Source: Camelus ferus
Taxonomy: Eukaryota
Assembly (NCBI RefSeq): GCF_009834535.1
Contig: NC_045696.1
Coordinates: 40,364,001 to 40,428,000 of the forward strand
Reading direction: 5' to 3'
Length of the DNA stretch: 64,000 bases
Part shown: one piece after another, positions 15,201-27,409 of the stretch
How positions within the stretch are numbered: position 1 is the stretch's first letter
Layout of the letters: every line of letters starts with the position of its first letter
Position numbers and translations under genes: made by a program
Notes under the pieces: model-generated
What the model was told of the DNA's origin: nothing
The model's input: the letters and a program-made list of their open reading frames with translations, nothing else
Databases searched by the model: none

Positions 15201-16147
15201 TCTAGAATATATCACCTACATCACATTGCAGAAGTTACCAGTTAGAGACCCAATTCTGCACTGGTTTCCTATTCAACCAATCCTGGCTTTCAAATTTTTT
15301 TATTTTTCTAAATGTCTAAAGTTTCCCTGTTTAAATCTGTTTTGAACAACAAATACAAATATTTCCTAAACAAGTCTCTCTGAAATATACCAAACCAAAA
15401 TTAGAGAGTATCTATTATGCAAAACACAGGGTTAGATATCTGAAAATTAGTTTAAGTGGGACGATGTCCCATGTGATTTGTAAAAAGTGTAAATTACAGG
15501 TGATTAATAAAATGTATTTAACTAATTAAATTGCGCCAAAAGCGCAAACGAAAACCTAAAAGTGTTGCCAAGTTAAAGCTCTACAAGATCTGATTTGATA
15601 AATAATAGAGAATAATTTCTAACTGGAATACTGTTGTATGCAAATTGGATGGAAATATGTTGTTGGAAGAGTTCAGTTTTCTTAAAGAAACGTAGCTTTT
15701 CTCCCTGAGGTATTAACTTTTTCATAAATTTACTTCCTCTATAGCAAATGTCCAAATCCTTTCTAAATTATCTGAAATCTCTATTAATGGAAATTAAATT
15801 AATGGGAAACTAGCACATAATCTAACCATGGAAAGCAATAAATATATACAATAAAAAGTTTATTTGGACATAATATATACTATGTGTATAAAAATAAAGA
15901 GGTGCATACTTGTATACATAAAAACAGAACAAATTATTCTCTCCTAATCAGCAAACAAAGATCGCTAATATCTACTAAAAGTGCACTTACATTTTAGTAA
16001 ATAATAGCATTTTTTATTAAAGTGTGTATGTATGCATTACTATTATGTAATTTTCTCCTATGATTCCAAAACAATACACTTTGATAGTAATTCAGCTTCT
16101 TGCCGTCTTTCCAATTGAGTAAAAGTATTCTCTTCTTTCTACCTCAG

Positions 16148-16267
16148 AAGCTGTTCTGGAAAGGGAGCAGCGTCTGGTGAAGAGACAGAAACCGGCCCCA
16201 GGCGTGCCACCGGAAGGCACAAGCAAGGACACTGGTCCTCGAGTCGGCAGGCGGGCCAAGTCTAAAT
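16148..16267 (+). other. COL8A1: Non-coding 5'UTR exon of COL8A1 (120 nt), the exon directly upstream of the first coding exon
   Basis: Pyrimidine tract and acceptor tctcttctttctacctcag| (AG at 16146-16147), consensus donor AAT|gtaagt (16268-16273), no internal ATG. The sequence (AAGCTGTT...GAAGAGACAGAAACC..CCCCAG...GGAAGGCAC.AGCAAGGACA.TGGTC...CAAGT.TAAAT) resembles the recalled human COL8A1 5'UTR, which continues into GTGATGGCTGTG. Confidence 0.88.
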
Positions 16268-16470
16268 GTAAGTGCGAGGAGCGATGGAGCGCGGCGCGGC
16301 GGCGGCCTGGCGGCCGGTCATCCCCCGGCGCAGCGGTGGGGGCGGGGGTGGAAGTCGCTGTCGCTGTCGCTGTCCGGGAGCACACGAGGGTATCCGGGCA
16401 GGCTGCGGGTCCGTCCTGTCTCCCAACCTCATCTCCACCGCTGCAAAAGCCTGGAGACCATCGTTACTAA
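16165..16470. promoter_or_regulatory. Small CpG/GC-rich patch over the COL8A1 UTR exon and its donor
   Basis: About 30 CpG in ~300 bp by manual count, with a GGGGCGGGG GC box, inside strongly AT-rich flanks. Confidence 0.7.
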
Positions 16471-19400
16471 TGCCAGGTTTTTAAATCCCCGAGAGTAAAA
16501 TACATGTGCAGAGTGTGATTCTAACTGATTTTTAAGCCCAGGCATGTTGAATAGAGTCTTAAAATAATCATTTCCATTGGACCTGACTAGGTATCCAAGT
16601 GTTCACCAGATGCTAGCGGCTAGATTTTGCAGAGGAAAATTGCTAACTTAAGCTTCTTTTCATGATTCAGCAGAGGGTTTTAAGTAATAAAAGATCTGGA
16701 GATTTGTAACATAAATAATTCCAGTGCAAATGGGAAAATTAAAATAATCTTATCATCTCCCAGTCATGTCTATATGTGCTTTTCTACCATTATCAAATTT
16801 CTCTTAATTGGCCAATTTTTTTTTCTGGCTGATATTTTATAGTTTTAAGTTATGAATTGTAATGAAGAAATGATTCCTTTCAGATGAGTAAAGTGACATG
16901 TACTAAATTCTAAAGACAATCTAGGATGTATGAAACAGAGCATGATCTAACAAATATGGTTTTATTCACATGCAATATAGTCTGTATCACCAGTGAAAAA
17001 TAGTAGCAGCATGCCAGAATCTCTTATTCCTTAATAGATCTCCCAGTAGAAACAATTAAAATATAAAGTACATCATTAACTTTTGAACTTTGATGGGAAA
17101 AAAATACCATCCATTTCTGACAAGTAGACATTATCTCATAGTATCCACAGCCATCTTATGCTTATTACCATTGCTTGGTCTTAAGTGTGACTTTTGGACA
17201 TACAACTCAATGTTTCCTAATATTTAATAGTACAATGGCTTTTATAGTCTATTTAATTTTATTTAGTAATTTAAAGAATGAATAGTTAAGATTCCCCAGA
17301 TTTTTGTGTTCTTGCTGGAGGTGCACTTGAACAAAAAGAAAAACACATCATCTAGCCCTACAGCTAATACCACATGACCACATCCTGCCTAGAATGAATC
17401 CATTCAGAGTTTCTGGAAAAGCACAGATACAGTAATGATTTTCCTAAGGTATCAGATTTTTGCTGTGGGTATCACTAATTATTTTGGCTGCATTCCATCA
17501 AGGCCAGATGTTAAACAAATAAAATATTTAGAATACAAAACTATTGAATAAAAAATACATGCTCATTTAAGCAATAGTTTCTAGAAATCAAGCCAATCAC
17601 ACATTTTGGAGAAGCTGAAGAAGGAGGCATGACGTGGGTTCTATTCGTAATGTCAGGTTAAGGTTCTGAACTCAATCCAGATAAACTTTATAATTGTTGC
17701 AACTAACTGGAGCTCAGCTGCTTCTGGATTTCTTGTAACAAAATCTTGCTGCCAAGGGCATTGGGCTCAGCCAGTAAAAAAATTACAGTAATAATGTTAA
17801 ACTAAATCATAAAAATGCAGAAGGTGGTTATTATGGGGCAGAGGAGAGGAATTGCTTGTAAAGTTATGGTGGAAATATCAAAAATAATATTTTATTAAAC
17901 TTTAAAAAAATTAAGCTTTATTTTTAAACTAGGGTGCAAAAGCAATAAAATGTAAAGGTTATTCAATAAACGATTTCATTCAGTGGTCAAGAGCAATGAT
18001 TCAGCAAGTGAGAATAAAAATTACATTTATTCAACATGGTCATCAATTCAGGCAGGACTGAAGCTTATATTATGATCATTTTCTAGTAAAAATAACCAGC
18101 TGAAAGTCACTTTTTTTTGAAAGTCACCTTTAAGAAGGAATTTCGACTGAAAAAGGAATAAAGAACTTCTTGAATGAGTATCTTCTCAGTGAAAATGAAC
18201 TTGGCTTATGCTTAATTTCACATAGTATAACACTCTAAATATTTTATGTGATTTTTCAGTTCTAGGAAGAAATTCATTTGAAACAAATGTAGAAAATGAC
18301 TCAAAAAGTTTAAATATGTAAACTATGATAGGCTTACAGTTAGGGAAATAGATCATAATAACTTATCTTCTATGAGCCTTCCAAGAGTAAAGAATATAAC
18401 TTTTTAAATTATTTTTCGAATAATCTGGAATTTCTTTCCTATCAGCTTTATACCTTCTGTAAATATAGATTCCAGAATCATGTATCACAGACAGTTTGGG
18501 ATATTCTGTATTTTCCTCAAGTTGGATAGCATATTTCTAAGTGACAATTATCAGAGAAACAAACTCCTTTTGCTCACTAAAATACGTAATGTGTTTTACA
18601 CTGGGTAAGCACTAAATAATATGGTGAATAGAACTGAATTATTTCAATGTTCTTTTCAGAGATTAATGTGTCTCTTGGATTCACACTAGAGAGGTAGTGT
18701 CTCACCCATGGGGATTAATGAGCTACATCTGTAACCAAAACTACTCATGGAAAACCTGCTGAATTGATCCATATCTGTTTTATTAATCAAGCCCAGTACG
18801 GAAGGGCTTTCTTGTGGTTGTATTATATTTTGGAGATAAATAGAGTGAGGAAACCACAGTTCAATTTTGAAGTTGTTTGAGATATTGAAGAACGCGGGAT
18901 TTTGCATTAGATGACAACGGTAAAGTCCAGTCCTTGATGCTTGTAATGCTGATATATAAGTATATAAATATCCTGTATGTATAATTTTACTGCAGACCTT
19001 ATGACAGTAGCCAAGAAGACCCTAACCATTTAATATGGTTTAATATGGAATTTACTTCTTACTGCTGCTCTCTTCGACTCTCTTCCTTCCTCATTTTTTA
19101 AAATGAAAACGTTTCAGGTTGGTTTTTTTGTTTTTTTCCTCCAAGCTAGCTTGGTATGAACAGCCTTTAGTTGAAGCAGATGGCTAGAAGTCAGAATCCC
19201 CAGATTCTATCCTTGATTTTCCTACCAACTGGGAATGTGGCCTTGGGCAAGTCATGAGAGTAAATCTACAATAAAAGGGATAATAATGCATTACATATGT
19301 ATGGTGCTTTATGATCTTGCACAGTACTTTCACATACAATATATTATTTAATCTTCCTCTCAGCCTCCTAAGAGGAGTATGGCTGTTATTAACAACCCCT

Positions 19401-19556
19401 ATTATAGAGAGTGAGAATTTGAGACCCAGAGACACTAACGTGAGTTCACAGTCTTCTCAATATCAAATGTCAGGGCCAGGAACAGACAGAAAAGATGATT
19501 CCAAGCTGGTCTTTGTCTCCTTTCCTCTATACCATGCTTGCTGTGGTGCCGCCAAA

Positions 19557-19880
19557 GCTGGGCTGTCTAACATGGTCTCCAGGAGCCACATGAGGTGATG
19601 GAGCCCTTGAAATGTGGCTAGTCCCAACTGAGATGTACTGTGGGTGTAAAATACACACAGGATTTCTAAGACCTTGAATGAAACCAAGAATGTAAATTTT
19701 CTCATTAATACTTTCTACATTAATTCCATATCAAAATGATAATATTTGGGTTATTTTGAGTCAAATAAAGTATATTTTTAAAATTAATGTCACCTGTTCC
19801 TTTTAACTTTTTTTAGTGTGAGTACTAGAAAATGTGAAGTTGTGTACGTGGTTCACATTGTTTCTATTTGACCGAGCTGG
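19557..19880 (+). mobile_element. MER33-like hAT-Charlie DNA transposon
   Basis: gctgtctaacatggt...agccacatg...cttgaaatgtggctagtcccaactgagatgtactgt..gtgtaaaatacacacaggattt...aaaattaatgtcacctgttcctttt...tactagaaaatgt...tacgtggttcacatt; about 320 bp. Confidence 0.8.
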
Positions 19881-22800
19881 ACTAGAGGATTCTCTGGTTC
19901 AGAGCCCACTGTACATATTTCACAGTACTGGACTTGTTTATACACCTGTCTTGATGTGGCTGAGACCAATTTCCAAAGGCTCTGTCAAATAGAGCAGTAG
20001 AGATTAGCAGCAATAATTCAATCATTCTCACCCATCTTCCACTTGCAGGGAAAAAGTCAGATTTTGTTAGCTGATGCCTTAAATTGCTCATTTATTAAAA
20101 GGGCTCATTTTATACTTGCTGAATGCTTGAAAAGCTTAGAGTGAAAGTACTATGGAAAGAACTATAAATTATATTTATGACCCTATAGCACACTTTATTT
20201 TTAAATACGTTCCTATTAAACATTTTGAGTGAATGAGACATTGGACTATTAGGTGATATAGCCAATGTAAAATAATAAGTATATGTAAATTTTTTATAAA
20301 ATATAGTATATTTTATCCCCCCTACCAACTCTTTAAGATATATTATGTATAACCCCTAAAGAAGTAGCTTATTTCTGTTTTGAAAAACCTAAATGAAAGT
20401 CCTCAGGAAAAATGGGTTCTTATTTAGGAGAAAAAGTACCTATAGTTAAAAAAAAATAGCCCAAATTATTGAAAACTAACATCCATTTGGCATTTATTAT
20501 GTAGTCTCAAGCACTATACTAAGAGTTACCAAGATTATCTCATTTAGGGATTTGAAAATGAGCAACACAAAGCAGAATCAAAGTTCTTAACCATTACTGC
20601 CTCTCACTACAATCCTATTTGAAGTCACAATGCAAGCTATCAAGATAGTATGAGGATATGAGGGAATACTGGACAGAAAGATCAGAAGTCTGCCCTCAAA
20701 GTATACACAAAGTGGTGGATTTGTGGACATGTTTTTGAAAAATACATACTTATGAACAAAATTATGTGAAAGAGGAGTTACTCTTGTCTTTCTAAAGGTT
20801 TCTTTATGTTATGATAGAAATCTTTATAGCCGTGTTCCCCAGTGAGTTAAAACTTACCTATTGTTTATAAAGCAAAGGTCTCATGCAAAAAAAGAAAAAA
20901 ACTATGTAGTATGAATTTTAGAGATTTGTTTATACCCACTTGGATAAAAGTAGGCTGAAGTTACCTTAAATATTTTCTGGAAAAAGAAGGGATGAAAACA
21001 AATAAATAAAATGGGGACCTAAATCAAAATCATAAAATAGTAAAAACTAAAGAGTTTTATAACTTTTTATACAATAATAATAATATGTTACCTTTGAAGG
21101 CTGACATTAAGAATTGTGTATATAAGCTAATTGCATACTAATTTTTTAAAGATGTCAAAATATAATATATAACTTGTTTTCAATATCTTAATGTTTATGC
21201 TTACCCGGAATGAAGTAATAGGAAAAACATTAACAGTAGCCAACTATGGGTAGCAGAATTTTAGATATTTCTATGTCCTTATTTATACTTTTTTGTAATA
21301 ATTCCAGAATAAACATGTATTGTGTGTATTGCTTTAATAATAACTAAATAGAAAAGTTATTGTAATCAATCCCAAAATTGGTTGCAAATAAGAAAGGCAA
21401 AAATTATCTGGAAGGGGGAGTAAAATGTAAACTTTTTTCTCAATCACAAAATTTGAAAATAATATATTTTATAGGTTCTTCTTTCCAGGCATTATTGCCC
21501 TTCCTTTGACTCACGATAAAGCAACCTGTGAACTATTCAATTTCTCTAGACAATGAAGGTAAAAGCTAAATTAGGTTTTCTAGATTCTCTTGAAAGCAGT
21601 TTACCCTCAGCTGTGAACATGAGTATAAAGATCAAGGCTGTAATATGAGCTCTTAAAGCCTAAAATTGTTATTGCAGCAATCAGAAAAGCAGAGCATCCT
21701 GGAAAGTGTGCCTCTTCACCTTAAAACAAACTGGCTGTCAATCATTTCTAATGGTGTCTGCTTAAAACTGGCCTTAGTCTTAGACTTTGAGATACGTAAA
21801 ATGTCATGTGAGAATATATTATAGAATCATATCTTTGGGCCAGACAGGGTCTTGGTGATCCTAAAAAGTGAAGTATAGAGCTGTTTTAGGCATCCCTTTT
21901 AAACATTCGTGGCAAAATATTAGGTCTGCTAACTCCTTTTATGACAACAACACTAAAATTTTACTACAAAGAAAACTCAGAAATGAATTCCTTGTGCCAG
22001 TTCATCATTAAATCATAAATCCACAGACTGTTAGAGCTAAAAGAAGCCTTCTATATTAGCTCATCCAATACCAACATTTTGCAGATGAGAAAACTGAGGA
22101 ACAGAAAAATCATTTTCTCAGGAAAATGTGAAATCACCGAAAAATATCCCAAAGAATCCAGGAATCTCTGGAAGCTTACCTAGGAAGAGCTAGGTATTTT
22201 AAATCCTACCAGAACTTGAATTTTTAGTTTGGTTGTGGGTACTCCTGTACAAGGGAGAAAATATACTGATACTGACTAAAATTCGTGTGATACATGAAAA
22301 GCACATTCACAGTGAATGCCTGTAAAGTGAAAGCCAGAAGCATAACAAAGCCAATGATTTCAGACCAGATCACTTATTTATTACTAAGCTCCCTTTCTTT
22401 GTGAGTCAAACATTTGAAAGGAGCTTTCTTTGCCACTTTTCAGGCACAAATCGTTTATTATCATGAGAAATTGGCTACTTCCACAGTTGCTGATAGACCA
22501 AAGAATAATGAGACATTCATTCCTTGAGTTAAAAAGAAAGGCTGTCAAATTCCTCCTGATTTTATTCATTTATGAAAAAATATGCTTGTAATAAAATTAT
22601 ATGTATTAAAAATATATTCTTCATCCCCTCAAAATGCATACTGCACAATACGAAGATTGTCCTGGCACAAGTAAATATTAAAGTTCTTTTTCTAAGTTCA
22701 ATATCTGTGTCAGAAATGGAAATAGTAACACTTGATTTTAAGAAAAATAGAACAGTGCATGCATGTCTATTGTCATCTGTAAAGTAGGAATAAGAGTAGA

Positions 22801-23242
22801 CTCTCACAAAGCTGTTTAAAGATTAAATCCATTATTAGTAATTGTAAAATGCTTAGTACAGTGCTTGGCACATAGTTAACATTTGATAAGTGTCAGATAT
22901 TAGCAGTAGCAGTAATATTGTTATGTAAAACATGATAACTCCTCCACATACCCCCTCCCCCTCAATCAAACCAAACTCTTGAGAGTCCCCTCCCTGTTTC
23001 ACAGCCCCATGCCCATGCACACACAGATCCCTCTTTCCAAATGTTCTTTCGCTTCTTCTTCTTCGGGTGAACTCCTACCCATCAGCCAGGGTTCAGCTCT
23101 GAAGCTTCTCCTTCTTACCTGTCTTCCCTCATTCCTGTACTTGACTTAGTTGCAGTCACCCATTTCCCAGGATGCCCCACAATGTGCCTCTTCTAGTGAT
23201 TGAGACATAACTTTTTTTTACTTGATTTCTCCCTCACCTCTT

Positions 23243-23272
23243 ACACACACACACATACACACACACACACAC
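23243..23272. repeat. (AC)n microsatellite, interrupted
   Basis: acacacacacacatacacacacacacacac. Confidence 0.9.
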
Positions 23273-23642
23273 TCATGTACACACTGAACTGAAAATGCAT
23301 CACATTCAAGGCATCACACACATATTTTTGTATCCCTATAGAAATATCTGTTGAAATAAATAAATAATTGACTTTTTTTTTTCCTTCCTGAGTAGTTATC
23401 AGGGTAGACTGTGTACAAATGGCCTCAATTTTGAAGGGGAAAAAGGGTGATGAATAGAGTGGAAAAAGTTGGGGGATACCACTTGGCAACCTTAGGACCT
23501 GGCTCTGCCAGAAGACTAAATCAGTGAGTCATTGAACTCTCTGGACTCTCTCTTTCTTAGCAAAATGAGTGAGTTGGGCAAAATATTCTCTGTGGACCCA
23601 CCCAATGCCACTATTTATATGATGCTAAACATTGGTTCATCT

Positions 23643-23795
23643 CAGTGGTTCTCAAATTTTAGAATCATCAGGAGGGCTTGTTAAAATTCTCCTCATTCCT
23701 GGTCAGCAGGTCTGAGATGGGACCCAAGAATTTGCATTTTAACAAGTTCCCAGGTGATACTGAGGCTGGGGTACCACACTTTGAGAACCAAAGTG
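23643..23795 (+). mobile_element. MER5A-like hAT-Charlie element (internally deleted)
   Basis: cagtggttctcaaa...ggagggcttgttaaaa...agcaggtctgagatgggacccaagaatttgcattttaacaagttcccaggtgatactgaggctgg...ccacactttgagaacca, with terminal inverted repeats. Confidence 0.8.
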
Positions 23796-24099
23796 ATTAA
23801 TCTTCTTAACATAGGATATTCTGACACTGTCCTGTTGCCACCTGGCAGAGCACTCCTGATGTGCAAATCACAATGAGATGAAGGTAGGTAAGCCCAGGCT
23901 TCAGTGAAGCTGCCATCAGGAAGACCGGGCGCTATGGGTGAGTCCCAAGAGTGGCCACAGAAGGCAGACTTTGATGACTGTAACAGTTCTGTGGGGAAGG
24001 GACAGACTGAGTTCACAATGTCACAGGGCACAGAAAACAAATTCCAGGATTTAGCCCATCAGTTAAAACCTGCTGCTTCTGGAGTCACAATGGATCATA

Positions 24100-24133
24100 G
24101 TTGCCATCTAGTGACACCTTTGAATTACTGCAT
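24100..24133 (-). promoter_or_regulatory. Candidate CTCF site (core + upstream module)
   Basis: Minus strand ATGCAGTAATTCAAAGGTG-TCACTAGATGGCAAC, with a near-consensus TGCAGTA upstream module. Motif match only. Confidence 0.55.
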
Positions 24134-24319
24134 CTAGAGACTACAGGATGAAATGCTTTTGTTTGGAAACTACATTTTTTTTTTCTTTTTTCTTTTTCTT
24201 TTTCTTTTTTTTTTTTTTTTACAAAACTGTTCAAGATGAGAACTTCTGAGAACAAACTTTAATTTACTCCGGTCTTATCCACACCTGTACCTAGGTACTG
24301 TAGAAATAAACAGGCATCT

Positions 24320-24540
24320 ATCACTTACTATTTGCTAGGCACTCTCCTAATACTGTATCTATGTTCTGTTATTCACAGCAACCCAATGAGATAGATACAA
24401 TTATTATCCCCATTTTATAGACAGGTAATATAACTACAGATGGTCAAAGAAGTTTAAAAACTTGCCTGAGTTTGTCCAGCCAGTAAAGTGGTAGAGCCGG
24501 GATTGAACCTAGACAGCTTCTGGAGAGAGAGCACTCTAGC
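24320..24540 (-). mobile_element. MIR SINE
   Basis: cacttactatttgctaggcact...cacagcaacccaatgagatagatacaattattatccccattttatagacagg...aacttgcctgag...agtaaagtggtagagccgggattgaacctag. Confidence 0.75.
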
Positions 24541-24598
24541 CAGCCTCTCTCATATCAGCAGTTGAAATACATAGTTAGGGAAACAATTGTTACCTGTG

Positions 24599-25399
24599 CA
24601 GTAGTCCCACCTTTTCCATGGTTTTGCTTTCCGTAGTTTTTGTAACTCACAGTCAACGTCATCCAAAAGCATCAGATGGAAAATTCCAGAAATAAACAAT
24701 TCATTGGTTTTAAGTTGTGTGCTGTTCTGAGTAGCGTGATGAAATCCTGTACTCTCACTCTGACCCACCTGGGAAATTAATCATCCCTTTGTCTCATCTG
24801 TTAGTCACTTAGTAACCCTTTTCGTTATCAGCTTGACTATCACGGCATCTCAGTGCTTGTTTGTGTTCAGGTCACCCTTATTTTACTTAACAATGACCTC
24901 AAAGCCCCAGAGAAGCAATGCTGGTAATTCAGATATACCAAAGAGAAGCCACTGAGTGCTTCCTTTTAGTGAAAAAGGGAAAGTTCTCCACTTAACAAGA
25001 AAAAATAAATAAATCATACGTTAAGGTGGCTAAGATCCGTGAAATTGTGAAAAAGGAAAAAGAAATCCATGCTAGTTTTGCCAGCACACCTCAAACTGCA
25101 AAAATTACTGCCAAGTGCTTAATTAAGATGGAAAAGTCATTAACTTTGTACAATAAGATATTTTGAGAGCATGAGAGACCACATACACATAATTTTTATT
25201 ACAGTGTATTGTTATAATTGTTCTATTGTATTATTATTATTGTTAATCCCCTACTATGACTAATTTATAAATTAAACTTTATCATAGGTATGTATGTATA
25301 GGAAAAAACATGGTTTATATAGGGTTTGGTACTATCTGAGGTTTCAGGCATGTGCTGGGGGTTTTGAAAAGTATTCCCCACAGATAAGGGGAACTATTG
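24599..25399 (+). mobile_element. TcMar-Tigger internal-deletion derivative (MER44/Tigger7-like) with both TIRs
   Basis: Left TIR CAGTAGTCCCACCTTTTCC and right TIR GATAAGGGGAACTATTG. Decayed transposase N-terminus from ~24893 (MTSKPQRSNAGNSDIPKRSH*VLPFSEKGKVLHLTRK), CENP-B/pogo-type. Confidence 0.85.
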
Positions 25400-26974
25400 T
25401 GAACAGTTATCAGTTCCCAGACAGGAATCTGAAAAATGTTATAAAGTACATACTGAAGTAATGATTTCTTTCTGATTCTTCCAAATGAAATCAGCTCATG
25501 TGTAATAACTAAAGAAGTGTTTCTACCTACACAAAGACACCATAATACAACAAAAAGAACACCAACCTGGAATCAACTTCCAGTTTGCCATGCAACTTTG
25601 AACAGGTTGCTTAACCTCTCTGAGCTCTACTTTCTTCACCTATAAAGTAGAAAAGATAAAAATGTAGTTTTTATAGTTTGAAGTTCTTTAAAACCAGATT
25701 AAATTTTTTAGTAACTGCTGAAGTTATCCAGTGAATGTGATCACAAGAGCAAATAGGGAAATTATGGACAGTAAGCCAATATTAGCTTTTCTCAAATTGT
25801 CCTGTACCTGGGAAAGGAGCCAGAACAGCAGATTTGATCCCCTGATCTATTATGCAGAAGTGCTAGCAGTAATAATAACGCTCATGGTGTGTGCAGAGAA
25901 GTAAAGGGCTCAACCCAGGAGATCTGTGTTTCACTTCTCTTCCTGGTGCTGCACTTGGCCTGCGCACTTGAACTCTGCACCCTTGTATATCCCTGCCTTC
26001 CAAGAGTCCTAACCAAGCAACTCCCGCAAAGAAGTCAAATCTTTGCTAGTGGATTGAGATCCAACCCCTCCTCACTTCAGACTTCTTTTATTGGAGATTT
26101 CCTTGGACTGAAAAACCTAGCTGTTGCTAATCCTTTAACTCCTTATCTAAGACTTCTCAGTTACCAAACCATTTCTAACCTCAATAAATGAAACACTATA
26201 GGATGGCTATCAAACGAAAGTACCAGTGGTTTCTTTGTACTTGTGTCTGTATAACATGATAAAATCTGCTGATATAAAGAGTCATGATAATGAAGGAAAA
26301 TAAACATGTAGACGGAGCTAGAGGAATAAAGGGTAATAACTAAAATATGGTAGAGCAAAACATCAGTATCTCACTTCAACAGATGTCTTGATGTCATTCC
26401 AAGTATTTGCATATTTTTGATCATCACAGTAAACCCAGAATTAGTCTAGAGAAGTCTTATTGTCAACCTCATTTGAGAAAGGAAAGAAATCGAAGCACAG
26501 AAATTTTACACAGCTTGGAAAAAAAGTAAATGGTCGAGGGTCCACATATCCTAATTTTTAGGCCTATGGTTACTCCACAATTATAGTTTATTTTAATAAA
26601 ATCCTGACATAAGATGACTGCCATCTGATACTTGAGTTAGAAAGAAGTTCCTTGTACATATACAGTAGAAGTAAAAGATTAATTCTTTACTCCTATGGCG
26701 AGAGCTCAGAATTTACATAAACTGGGGTAGGCAGGCCCTGGATGGTTTTGAACAAGGGAGTGACATCTTTAAATTATCACTCTGGTTTCTCTGGGGAGGT
26801 TTGACTGGAACAAGAGTGCAGGCAGGGACTCCTGTTCAGGGGCTATGAAGTGGTCTAGACAAACCATGATGGTGCCTAAGTAACAGTGACCCAGGATAAC
26901 TTTCTATGGAGAGATCCTGAAACTTGCTGGTAGATTGGATGTGTGGGGAAAAAGATATTAAAAATGTTTCCTCA

Positions 26975-27200
26975 GTGTCTGAAATAGTCAAGCTCATAGA
27001 AGCAGAAACAGAATGGTGGTTGAAAGGGGTTGGGGGAGGGGGAAACGGGGAGCTGCTGTTCAATAGGTATAAAGTGTCAGTTATGCAAGATGAGTAAGTC
27101 CTAGAGCTCTGCTGAAGGACGCTGTGCTTAACGTTAGCAATTCTGTACTATGCCTTTAAAAACTTGAGAGGGCAGGTCTTAGGTTATCTGTTCTTACCAT
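26975..27200 (+). mobile_element. L1MA-type 3'UTR fragment
   Basis: aaatagtcaagctcatagaagcagaaacagaatggtggtt..aggggttgggggagggggaaacggggag...aataggtataaagtgtcagttatgcaagatgagtaagtcctagag...gttcttacca. Confidence 0.85.
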
Positions 27201-27409
27201 GAAAGAAAGAAAGGAAGAAAGGAAGAAAGAAAGGAAGGAAGGAAGGAAGGAAGGAAGGAAGAAAGAAAGGAAGAAAAGAAAGAAAAAGAAAGAAAGAAAG
27301 GAAGAAAGGGAAGAGAAGGAAAGGAAAGGAAAAAGAAAAAAGAAAAGAAAAGAAAGAGAGGGGGTAGGGAGAGAAGGAGGGAGGGAAGGAGAAAGGGAAA
27401 GAAAAAAAG
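27201..27409. repeat. Compound polypurine microsatellite (GAAA/GGAA/GGGA), ~209 bp
   Basis: Purine-only on + apart from one T at 27365; directly follows the L1MA fragment. Confidence 0.95.

Noticed and set aside
16232..16234. In-frame CUG in good context (ACACTGG) that could add 13 residues to COL8A1
   Set aside because: A single near-cognate codon with no supporting evidence, and not matching the recalled human UTR; it would need Ribo-seq support.
16092..16484. Three overlapping ORFs over the CpG patch
   Set aside because: Stop-poor GC-rich sequence spanning a splice donor; the frame continuous with COL8A1 has TGA at 16178-16180.
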